DNA from: Octopus sinensis
Taxonomy: Eukaryota
DNA: 43,767 nucleotides
Assembly (NCBI RefSeq): GCF_006345805.1
Contig: NW_021835138.1
Location: forward strand, 1-43,767
Direction: 5' to 3'
Below are positions 37,401 to 43,767 of this stretch, in pieces; within the stretch, counting starts at the first letter, position 1; each line of letters opens with the position of its first letter. The position numbers were made by a program, and so were the translations under genes. The notes under the pieces are model-generated. The model worked only from the letters and a program-made list of their open reading frames with translations. It did not search any database and had not been told where the DNA came from.

Positions 37401-38541
37401 TTTCTCTTCGCTGTGTTCTGTGGTGCTCGTGTCATGCATAACAAGTAATGAAGTAAAGACAGGTTTTCAGAATGTATATTACATTGATATTGATAATTTG
37501 GAATCTCTTGTTATTGGTATGAGGTGAATGCATGAAACACCAGAATGAATATATATATATATACATACATATATATATATATATATAAACGTGGTGGTTT
37601 TGTCTGGTGGTGGCCACTATAAAGAGAGCGACGTTAGTCTAGCTGTGTCTGACCACACGAGTTGAGTAACCAGTGGATAGGCGAAAAGTTAAGACTAAAA
37701 GAGAAAGTGCCAGAGAGAGCCAGGCAAAAAGAGAGAATTGTGTGGTAGATCACTTTTTATAGTCGAGTGGTGGTAATTGCAAGACGGATATTCTTTAAGC
37801 TGAGCCACTTGACCGGAGACCAAGGAATAGACCAAGAATGAGATTGTTGGATAATATCTAAAGTCTTAATTGGTGAAGCTTGAGAATCCAACTGGACAGT
37901 AAGATGAAAGTAACTTTGAAGGGGGTTCCCTGGCGACTCTACCCCCCACAACCCTTTTATGAACAGAGGGTAGAGAAAATGGATAGATGGATGAGATAAT
38001 GTGACTCTTTGGGTGATATTAATTGATTCTTTAGGGTCTCATATGCTATTACCCACACAACCATTTTCCCTGCCATCTCTTTACCAGAAATTCTCTCAAA
38101 TGTAATTTTCAATACTTTTAAAACACAATTTTCTCCGTTTTAATCTTCTTTTCCAACAACTTTGTTACTTTTTAATCAGAATTCATACAAACAGAGAACA
38201 ATGTCCTACATTTTCCATATTTCTTGACTATTTTCAAAATTTCTCTCTTGAAGTTTCTTTGTTAGAACAACCTACAGGAGACATCTTTTATATTATTGTT
38301 GATGTTGTTATAATTATTTCTTCTTTTTGTATCTTTTGCAGGGATTTTCTTAGGAGTTGAAACTTCTGAACTGGAAATTCACGACGATTCTAAAGACACT
38401 GTGAAACAGGGCTACATGGTGTTGCACAAATGGTTTAAAAGTTGTGATCCAGAGAAACAAACACTCAAAACACTTGGAGATGCCCTCGAGGAAGCTGAGT
38501 GCCTTGATGCACTCAAATGTCTGTCATCAGATGTAAAGTGA
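6811..38541 (+). CDS. Spliced gene, 393 aa: MIB-like ankyrin repeats + C8 RING-like finger + Death domain. join(6811..6894 or 7098..7181,18101..18252,24575..24722,27575..27784,28588..28763,32048..32187,35619..35690,38342..38541)
   Basis: Eight exons with AG/GT sites and compatible phases join into one ORF of 1182 nt ending in TGA at 38539-38541. The ankyrin and finger segments resemble the C-terminal half of mind bomb E3 ligases (e.g. GAVIATYLALQGANFYHKNCNNATPLDL vs MIB2 GAAVACFLALEGADVSYTNHRGRSPLDL, recalled from memory). Confidence 0.88.
7098..7181 (+). CDS. Coding exon 1b (tandem duplicate start exon): MEVDKNISKILLDDIQYIQEYIRNNSHK
   Basis: Copy 287 bp downstream of exon 1a. TAG acceptor ends at 7080, identical 17-nt UTR, ATG at 7098, GTAAGT donor at 7182. 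Confidence 0.7.
7245..7660 (+). mobile_element. tRNA-derived SINE family A
   Basis: A-box-like TGGCTGTGTGG, B-box-like GGTTCAGTCCC, internal (TA)/(GT) microsatellite, tail GGGTCGATTTGCTCGACTAAAGGCGGTGCTCCAGCATGGCC. Recurs at 12811, 19305 and 24123. Confidence 0.85.
7670..7932 (-). mobile_element. SINE family B fragment
   Basis: Reverse complement of the element at 31430 (TTCTTGAGCAAGACACTTTA core). Confidence 0.7.
7990..8492 (+). mobile_element. Non-autonomous Helitron/Helentron (DINE-1-like) element
   Basis: Starts TACTAGCAGTATCGCCCGGCGTTGCTCGGG (subterminal hairpin) and ends TTTTATATATATAGAT. A similar head occurs at 23526. Confidence 0.6.
8585..8800 (+). mobile_element. Highly decayed RTE-like LINE C-terminal remnant
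   Basis: Manual translation ILEHVRLDGNVREKPIITILQGSILAGNVRFRR resembles the RTE tail motif. Confidence 0.4.
9155..9290 (+). mobile_element. 5'-truncated LINE tail
   Basis: TTAGGAAGGGCATCC...CCCATGCTAGCAT...GATGATG, the same tail as the RTE copies. Confidence 0.75.
9498..10489 (+). mobile_element. RTE-type LINE 3' fragment (RT C-terminus, 3' UTR, (GAT)n)
   Basis: AARIRIVWAKFRELLPLLVTKG...LYDACV; CNVSVRTRQSVNALREKL; frameshifted. Confidence 0.9.
10808..10991. repeat. Hairpin, 79-bp arms, 26-nt loop, next to (TA)n
   Basis: 10808-10886 is the reverse complement of 10913-10991. Confidence 0.9.
10993..12260 (-). mobile_element. Internally deleted piggyBac-like element with a MITE nested in its terminus
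   Basis: Minus strand: acidic N-terminal-like ORF (11373-11615) abuts a piggyBac-type Cys-rich C-terminus, REESRYMCDVCKITLCVTPCFKNYHSK* (stop at 11246-11248). GGGTTAA end at 12254-12260. Left terminus only weakly recognisable. Confidence 0.6.
11840..12251. mobile_element. MITE copy 2 (GGATC...GATCC, 8-bp TSD)
   Basis: Same sequence as 3852-4261. Flanks AGGGCTTA/AGGGGTTA match 7/8. Confidence 0.8.
12274..12463. repeat. Hairpin, ~60-bp arms, ~65-nt loop
   Basis: TAATCAGAAAAT...CAACATCGGTTGATTATTTT pairs with AAAATAATCAACCGATGTTG...ATTTTCTGGTTA. Confidence 0.85.
12811..13205 (+). mobile_element. SINE family A
   Basis: Same head, body and tail as 7245-7660. Confidence 0.85.
13290..13770 (+). 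mobile_element. LINE 3'-UTR-only copy with 62-63-bp internal tandem repeats
   Basis: GTGTCGGTGGCAC recurs at 13467, 13529 and 13592. Ends in (GAT)n. Near-identical inverted copy at 20752-21320. Confidence 0.85.
13805..14500 (-). mobile_element. RTE/BovB-clade LINE RT fragment (decayed)
   Basis: MDDMQILMNRISASCKAFGLSISLDKTVVMFQP; LLFYSCETWTLYKRHVRVLECFHQRCLRHIL; KQMLYGEL. Confidence 0.88.
14770..15077 (+). mobile_element. LINE tail copy (duplicated at 16113-16420)
   Basis: Shared ...CCCACTACACTC...TTAGGAAGGGCATCC...CGATGATGATG tail. Confidence 0.8.
15148..15842 (-). mobile_element. Duplicated copy of the RTE/BovB RT fragment
   Basis: Unit 2 of the tandem duplication. Confidence 0.88.
16935..17803. 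mobile_element. Head-to-head pair of LINE-tail elements (16935-17440 minus; 17475-17803 plus) around (TA)n
   Basis: (CAT)n at the left end and (GAT)n at the right end. Inner ends are reverse-complementary up to the TA tract at about 17445-17472. Confidence 0.8.
18101..18252 (+). CDS. Coding exon 2, ankyrin repeats (INETNSWGLTYLMVASQLGNTDFVNFLIDSGADLEVRDKDADTALHYAVFG)
   Basis: TTCTCTTTTCTTCACTTCAG acceptor, GTAAGT donor at 18253, clear ankyrin consensus (ORF 18026..18256). Confidence 0.92.
18586..19265 (-). mobile_element. CR1-clade LINE 3' fragment with (TTA)n tail
   Basis: RPHLEFASPVWNPYLAQDINCLEAVQ...LGMDTLKLRR...TRGHIYKV...FFTLRIAEAWNKLP. Confidence 0.88.
19305..19715 (-). mobile_element. 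SINE family A
   Basis: Reverse complement of 7245-7660. Confidence 0.85.
19981..20270 (-). mobile_element. Decayed LINE tail
   Basis: (CAT)n plus a degenerate shared tail. Confidence 0.7.
20474..20618. repeat. Bulged hairpin next to (TA)n
   Basis: TATATAAGAGAAAGGGACAGGC..TTGACCGCATACCGAAAA..ATAGAAATA pairs with TATTTCTAT..TTTTCGGTATGCGGTCAAGCCTGTCCCTTTCTCTTATATA. Confidence 0.85.
20752..23496 (-). mobile_element. 5'-truncated RTE-type LINE: open RT C-half (YADD, PHD finger) and greatly expanded 3' UTR
   Basis: Open frame from QAITEEFKTGCPWELLYADD (about 23494) to the stop at 22494. C4HC3 finger CSIC...CTKC...H..C...CGKC. 3' UTR about 1.7 kb with nested tandem repeats and a (GAT)n tail. Confidence 0.95.
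23526..23680 (+). mobile_element. Helitron/DINE-like head fragment
   Basis: TACTAGCAGTGCACCCCAGCATTGCCCGGG resembles the head at 7990. Confidence 0.45.
24123..24480 (+). mobile_element. Decayed SINE family A
   Basis: GTGGCTGTGTGGTAAGAAGCTTGC head and GGGGTCGATTTCTTCGA tail. Confidence 0.75.
24575..24722 (+). CDS. Coding exon 3, ankyrin repeats (GHCDVVALIVSKGANVNRQDKSGNTPLHYAVEKNYEDVMEIILNTEATQ)
   Basis: CAG acceptor at 24572-24574, phase 2 matches exon 2, GTTAGT donor at 24723, TPLH motif. Confidence 0.9.
24766..26194 (+). mobile_element. Tc1/mariner DNA transposon, transposase pseudogene
   Basis: Left TIR (TA)TACTATTGGCCAAAAGTTTGGGACCACC; inverted remnant AAAATTTCACAGTGGTCCAAAC at 26173-26194. 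SGRPRVTS, GGGSLVIWGCF and FQQDNDPK motifs. SPDLNPIE is decayed to SLDLSPVG, with stops. Confidence 0.88.
26253..26895 (-). mobile_element. Decayed, internally deleted RTE-type LINE
   Basis: ELEKKFQVWKQGLELKSLRDNLAKT plus shared tail and (CAT)n. Confidence 0.8.
26945..27135 (+). mobile_element. Decayed CR1/L2-group LINE C-terminal remnant
   Basis: Manual reading SLGFKGEQLFNK...VFKEDLGKFL..PDE...QRRAVASNLLLHQ, across frameshifts. Confidence 0.5.
27575..27784 (+). CDS. Coding exon 4, ankyrin repeats (SHVEVDTRNSNKTTPLLQAISGGHLGMIRKLLSRGADINAVDNDDNNCLHFAVRKEVFHSEGEALGILDE)
   Basis: Pyrimidine tract and AAG acceptor, 210 nt, phase 0-0, GTAAGT donor at 27785. Confidence 0.88.
28588..28763 (+). CDS. 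Coding exon 5, MIB-type last ankyrin segment (CCAMLELGKNARLSGAVIATYLALQGANFYHKNCNNATPLDLVMNPDLKEKFKSLFPS)
   Basis: TAG acceptor ends at 28587, GTAAGT donor at 28764. Translated by hand (not in the ORF track); resembles the mind bomb post-insert ankyrin. Confidence 0.88.
28905..30050 (-). mobile_element. RTE-type LINE with internal deletions
   Basis: PLLFIIVLQAITEEFKTGCPWELLYADD, PHD finger, deletion junction at about 29560 (RYLGD fused to LAVEGTCG), repeat-bearing 3' UTR. Confidence 0.92.
31106..31392 (+). mobile_element. tRNA-derived SINE family C
   Basis: GGCGCAATGGCCCAGTGGTTAGGGCAGCGGACTCGCGGTTTCGATTCCC head (A and B boxes); ends GTCATGTGATCACGTGAT before (TA)n. Confidence 0.75.
31430..31745 (+). 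mobile_element. tRNA-derived SINE family B
   Basis: AGTGGTTGGAGCATTGGGCTCC...GAGTTCGATTCC head and TTCTTGGGCAAGACACTTTA core. Confidence 0.8.
32048..32187 (+). CDS. Coding exon 6, RING-like zinc finger (CLFCEEKVSTLKCQSCGQMVICEECGTEPNSTCLECQQP)
   Basis: CAG acceptor ends at 32047, phase 2 in, GTAAGA donor at 32188, Cys spacing matches the MIB RING scaffold. Confidence 0.88.
33649..33827 (+). repeat. Direct copy of 31354-31543 (SINE C tail + microsatellite + SINE B head)
   Basis: The same composite junction is reproduced almost exactly. Confidence 0.88.
35619..35690 (+). CDS. Coding exon 7, Death domain N-part (ESRKLKEKDLLKVAKKLGNNWWQVG)
   Basis: TATTTCAG acceptor, GTGAGT donor at 35691, phase 1-1, Death-domain helix 1-2 signature (L..VA..LG..W..VG). 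Confidence 0.85.
35700..36650 (-). mobile_element. Possible very decayed Penelope-like RT
   Basis: By-eye motifs on the minus strand with many stops: CNLSRYKL, GKFPQGNPL, LLLNNNEFYF, WNRFSDIL. Weak. Confidence 0.3.
38342..38541 (+). CDS. Last coding exon, Death domain C-part (IFLGVETSELEIHDDSKDTVKQGYMVLHKWFKSCDPEKQTLKTLGDALEEAECLDALKCLSSDVK*)
   Basis: Long pyrimidine tract and GCAG acceptor ending at 38341, phase 1. Death-domain pattern (LG...E...I...VL.KW...L..AL). TGA at 38539-38541. Confidence 0.85.
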
Positions 38542-38797
38542 AGCTCTGTGTAAATGTTGTTGTTTAGTTTGAGGTCAATCTCGACCAAATACAGACCTTT
38601 GGTTAAATGCATTCCAGTCATGACCATCCTGTCTTTATCCTTACGGTAGAGGAGCTACACAAACATTGTCCAGCGTATTCTTCTTTAGGGGGATAAGGTA
38701 TGAATTGTGGTCGATTTGGCTACTACTTCTAGCAGATCTATCACAAAGAAATCCCTTTGCTGGTTCGTCTCCCCTGTTGTTAGAGATTAAATTTTGA

Positions 38798-38803
38798 AAT
38801 AAA
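38798..38803 (+). terminator. Candidate polyadenylation signal AATAAA
   Basis: AATAAA about 260 nt after the stop, followed by a GT-rich downstream tract (GTTGTTGTTGTTGCT). Confidence 0.55.
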
Positions 38804-38964
38804 GATAAACTTTGAACTGTTCATTTGTTGTTGTTGTTGCTATTGTTGTATGCCTCAGCACCTCCCTAAATACTTCTATTGTTCTAAAACAGTTTTAATA
38901 TCCTCGGGTATATTCATAGTTATCTCCCTTTATTTCTAGCTAGAGTATATATATATATATATGT

Positions 38965-39014
<50 letters not shown>

Positions 39015-39179
39015 CACACACACACACACGTATATGTATATGTATGTATAACAAAGTGAAGTTGTAAGGTACCGCACGAGTGGAAATCTATATACACACA
39101 TACATATTACACACACACATATATCGATGTCTTTTCTCTTAATATATCATACAGAGATAGTATTTCTATATCGTATGAT

Positions 39180-41290
39180 GTAAAGATGACGCTTTAGATA
39201 CAAATAATTACAGAGGTATCAAGCTGTTGGATCAGGTAATGAAGGTTATGGAGAGGGTCATAGCCCAACTAATTAAAGAGAGAGTCAGCTTGGATGAGAC
39301 GCAGTTTGGTTTCGTGCCAGGGAAAAGCACCACTGATGCCATATTCCTGGTAAGACAGCTGCAGGAGAAATACCTAGCCAAAGATAAGCCCCTGTTCCTG
39401 GCTTTCGTTGACATGGAGAAAACCTTTGACAGGGTCCCCCGATCCCTTATCTGGTGGTCAATGACGAAACTAGGGATAGATGAATGGTTAGTGAGAGCTG
39501 TGCAAGCTATGTACTGGGATGCTGTAAGTAAGGTGAGGGTTGGCAACGAGTAAACTGAAGAATTCAGGGTATAGGTAGGGACCCACCAAGGTTTAGTTTT
39601 CAGCCCCCTCCTATTTATCATAGTTCTCCAGGCAATAACGGAGGAATTCAAGACAGGATACTCCCGGGAGCTCCTCTATGCTGATGACCTTGCTCTAATC
39701 GCAGAGTCACTATCAGAACTAGAGGCAAAGTTTCAAGTGTGGAGACAAGGATTAGAATCGAAGGGCCTTAGAGTCAACCTAGCTAAAACCAAAGTCCTAA
39801 TAAGTAGGAAGGCAAGCAAACCACAAATATCTTCAGGTAGATGGCCCTACTCGATCTGTAGTAACGGCGTAGGTAGAAACTCTATAAGATGTACCCAATG
39901 TAAGCTATGGACACATAAAAGGTGCAGTAATATCAAAGGAAGGCTAACGGGGAAGAAAGTTTTTGTATGTGGCAGATGCTCGGGAGCTATAAATAACACT
40001 GAAAATGCGCAGAGAACAACTTCTGCCACATTCCAGGGAGGAAAACTAGAAGTAGTTGATAGCTTCCGTTACCTAGGTGATCAAGTCAGTAGCGGGGGAG
40101 GGTGCGCTGAAAGTGTAGCTGCTAGTATAAGAAGAGCTTGTGCAAAGTTCAGAGAGCTCTTACCTCTGCTGGTGACAAAGGGCCTCTCGCTCAGAGTAAA
40201 AGGTAGACAGTATGACGCATGTGTACGAACAGCCATGCTACATGGCAGGGAAACATGGGCTGTGACTGCTGAGGACATGCGTAAGCTCGCAAGGAAAGAA
40301 GCTAGTATGATCCGATAGATGTGTAATGTCAGTGTGCATACTCGACAGAGTGTAAGTACCTTGAGAGAAAAGTTGGACCTAAGAAGCATCAGATGTGGTG
40401 TGCGCTGGTATGGTCATGTAGTGAGAATGGATGAGGATAGTTGTGTGAAAAAGTGCCACACACTAGCGGTTGAGGGAACCTGTGGAAGAGGTAGATCCAG
40501 GAAGACCTGGGATGAAGTGGTGAAGCATGACCTTCGAACTTTGGGTCTCATCTAGGAAATGACTAGTGACCGAGACTTTTGGAAATATGCCGTGCGTGAG
40601 AAGACCCAGCAAGCCAAATGAGACCATAATCTCGTGGCCTATGCCAGGGGCGTTACCAGCCCACTTATGCATACCTTTTCCTTCTTTGGACACTAAAACT
40701 CTGCTTGCGAAGACCTGTTGAGGCAAGTGAAATCAAAATCAAAATCAAATTCGATGACTGGCATCCGTGCTAGCGGGTTGCAAAGAGCACCATACGAGTG
40801 TGATCATTGATAGAGCGGCTAACCGGCTTCCGTACCAGTGGCACTTAAAAGGCACCATTCGAGCGTGATCGTTACCAGTGTCGCCTTACTGGCACTCGAG
40901 CCCCGTGCTTGTAGGGTATTAAGAGCACCATCCGAGCGTGATCATTGCCAGAGCGGCTATCTGGCCTCCGTGCTGGTGGCACGTGAAAGACACTATTCGA
41001 GCGTGATCGTTACCAGCATCGCCTTACTGGCACCTGTGCCAGTGGAATGTGTAAAAGATTCAAGCGAAGTCGTTGCCAGTACCGCCTGACTGGCCCCTGT
41101 GCCAGTGACATGTAAAAGCACCCACTACACTCTTGGAGTGGTTGGTGTTAGGAAAGGCATCCAGCTGTAGAAACTCTGCCAGATCAAGATTGAAGCCTGG
41201 TGCAGCCATCTGGTTTGCCAGTCCTCAGTCATTTGTCCAACCCATGCTAGCATGGAAAGCGGACGTTAAATGATGATGATGATGATGATG
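39180..41290 (+). mobile_element. RTE-type LINE, longest RT piece in the window (pseudogenised)
   Basis: NYRGIKLL, QFGFVPGKSTTDAIF, FVDMEKTFDRVPR, YADD and PHD finger are collinear in frame, with stops at about 39551, 39570 and 40316. 3' UTR runs to a (GAT)n tail. Confidence 0.95.
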
Positions 41291-41579
41291 TATCTAGGGA
41301 CATTTCACTTTGTCCTGTTGTGTTTCAGGCTTGGCCATTCCAAAGTGGGGGTCGTGGCACACAAATTCAGGGCGTTTTGAATGCAATTAAGAATTATTTT
41401 CATTTTTTATTCTAGCTTTAGGATTAATATTTACTGATTTCTGCAGTTTTTCCTGAAAAAAACTTTGTGATTCTACACTTAAAAATAAATCCAAAACTTT
41501 AAAATCCAATAATAAAACTGTGCTGAAAACTCCTTTCATATTAAAATAATGACACAACATTTGTTTATTTTAATTCCAT

Positions 41580-41900
41580 ATGAGGCACATGGTTCAATGG
41601 TTAGAGTACCAGGCTTCAAACCATGAGGTAGTAAGTTCGATTCTCAGGCCAGGTTGCGTGTTGTGTTCTCGACACATTATTTCACTTTGCTCCAGTTCAC
41701 TCAGATGTAGAAATGAGTTGCAATACCTTTGGTGCCAAGCTGTATTGGCCCCTTTGCCTTTCCCTTGGGTAACATTGATGGCACAAAGAGGGGCAAGCTA
41801 GTATGCTGGCCTTCTATAAACAACCCTGCTCGGACTTGTGCCTAGGAGGGTAACTTTCTAGGTGCAATCTCACGGTCATTCACGACAGAAGGGAGTCTTT
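41580..41900 (+). mobile_element. Decayed SINE family B
   Basis: TGGTTCAATGGTTAGAG...AAGTTCGATTCTC head, body like 31430. Confidence 0.72.
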
Positions 41901-42689
41901 AACGTTTGTGGAAAATCCTCTTTCCAAAAAATCTTCAGATGATGGAAATGAACCCTTTCCCTCTACAATACTTCAAACTGCTCAACTTTTATTGCATTTT
42001 AATTTGCAATTAAATTCCAAGATTTTTGCATATACTCAGATGAAATTGTACGTAAAACCTATGAAACCTCTTAGGACTTCCTTTGGCAATAAAATTATGT
42101 GACAGGAATCTCACTTCTGCAAAATCAAGTGAAACAAGATGGGAAGATTTGTTATTGTAGTTTTTTTTGTGATAGGAGTGAACAAATCGGTTTCGAGATT
42201 AAATCAAAATTATTTAAATTAGACCAAAAATCTTTATCCAAAAATTGATAGGGAATTACTTTTAAGAATGTTTAGTATTAAACAAATAATTTTGTATCAA
42301 ACATTATATAGAATTATTCTAATATCTCAGTGATTTTTAGCTACAATAACTGGAAGTGAAATTATGTTTACACATATATGATGTAAATAAAGATCATTTG
42401 ATGTCAGTTTTCTATGTCATGTTTGGACTAAAAACACAACAAAATAATAATAAATTTGATTTGTCTTCCTGAAAGTTGAATGAAACCATAAGTTACTGTT
42501 GATACGAATTTATTGGAATATTTTTTGTTTTGAATTTAATATGTAATAATAAAATGTTGCCCATAGATAAGTGGTTGAATTTATCAAAGCATGAAACCAC
42601 AGAAAATATTGATGATAAGGCTGAAGAGAGTCACAAACGTCAAGGAGTGTCAGGAACTCACAGGTAAGCAATTCTCTGAGTACAACACA

Positions 42690-42935
42690 GTTTTACATCA
42701 AAAGCAGGAAGCTATTGTGGATTTACTTTTACTTTGAACATATTGAAAAAAATACCTGTTTGTTTAATTTGTAACGATTGTTTGGTGTCTTGAAGTGTGA
42801 AGCCTACAGAAATTAGAAATATTTTAATTCAAGACATTCCTTCTATAGCAGGAAGCCAGTAAAATTGTTTGAAAGGATATTGGAATCTTTTAGTGCTCAG
42901 AAGCAATCTCTTGAGAACCTTCTAAATATGAAGGT
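42690..42935 (+). mobile_element. hAT Charlie/Buster-like transposase N-terminal remnant
   Basis: Manual reading GFT...PVCLICND...SVKP..., KPVKLFERILESFSAQKQ. Frameshifted. Confidence 0.5.
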
Positions 42936-43767
42936 AATTCTGAACATGCCTTTGATGCACAGATATACATAGAGTGACAAGCACAACCCCGAATAAAGAG
43001 AGAAGGGGGCTTTGTTCTTCAGTGATGCCTGCACACCTCCCTTCTGTCTCATCATTACACTAGAACTGTCACCGGCAAATCCTATAAAATTTTCAAAAGG
43101 AATATCATGTAAGGTGAAGAATCTTTCAATAGAGGAAAAATTCCATTAGCAGAGTAATCCTTGGCTACAATCAATAATATTTTGAGAGTTACAATCATAA
43201 AATCGAGCTAACAAAACAAGGTGTTTTTCTTTTTTGTAATTACATCAGTAATTTCATCAACAATTAATGTAATCTTGCACTCTTTGAACTGTTTAATGAG
43301 GTTTTCAAAGTAATTAAGGGCTTAAAATATTTCTATATATTTGAGTGGCTTTGGTTCTTGCACATTTAATATCTTTAGTTATTTTGGAATCAGTACATGC
43401 CTTCTGAATTAGTCCAGGTACATGATCCATAAGTCTTATTGGTAAGTTATGTTCTGCAATGAAGGAACCAAGTTTAAGCTCCGAAGCTGCTTCGTTCGGA
43501 ATATGAACAGAAGTTGTTGGCTGCAAAAAGTCGGTCAGGTTTCCACTTTCATGAATTAACATTTTTAATGTTTATCCGTTTTTTCCGTGCCTCTCCAGAT
43601 GAGTTACACTGCCTTGAATTTCACAACGACAACATTTGCTGTATGCTCTTTCGATATTTGCTTAATACTTTTCTTTCAAAAGAACTTAAATCAAAGTCAG
43701 TTTCATCACTGCGTTTCTCTTTCATATTCTTGTTCATCATGAGAGGAATAAATCCCTCGTAATTGAT
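42936..43767 (-). mobile_element. hAT-family transposase pseudogene fragment (runs off the window end)
   Basis: FIAEHNLPIRLMDH...DSKITKDIKCARTKAT, then IVDEITD, GFAGDSSSVM and CACH (hAT CxxH) across frameshifts. Confidence 0.8.

Noticed and set aside
282-43762. Many short ORFs rich in YIYI, CVCV or THTH
   Set aside because: Translations of (TA)n, (GT)n and (CA)n microsatellites; not coding.

Overview
AT-rich, microsatellite-dense animal genomic DNA. The SINE/LINE families and repeat texture look like Octopus (recognition from memory, no search run). One spliced protein-coding gene can be reconstructed on the + strand. It has 8 coding exons: 6811-6894 (or its tandem duplicate 7098-7181), 18101-18252, 24575-24722, 27575-27784, 28588-28763, 32048-32187, 35619-35690 and 38342-38541. 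All introns are GT-AG with compatible phases (0,2,0,0,2,1,1), giving 1182 nt / 393 aa. The protein is a mind bomb (MIB)-derived ankyrin array, then a rewired RING-like finger with four CxxC dyads and no His, then a C-terminal Death domain. No N-terminal MIB/HERC2 or ZZ domains are visible. The start-codon exon exists as two intact, diverged tandem copies. The rest of the window is transposon-derived: many RTE-type LINE fragments (with a PHD finger inside RT and a hypervariable 3' UTR), CR1-like fragments, four tRNA-derived SINE families, a dead Tc1, hAT remnants, a deleted piggyBac, an 8-bp-TSD MITE, a Helitron/DINE-like element and a 1.34-kb tandem duplication. There is also an unusual number of hairpins and inverted repeats, mostly next to (TA)n tracts. 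Coordinates were counted by hand; exon boundaries are exact to my best reading, repeat boundaries are approximate.
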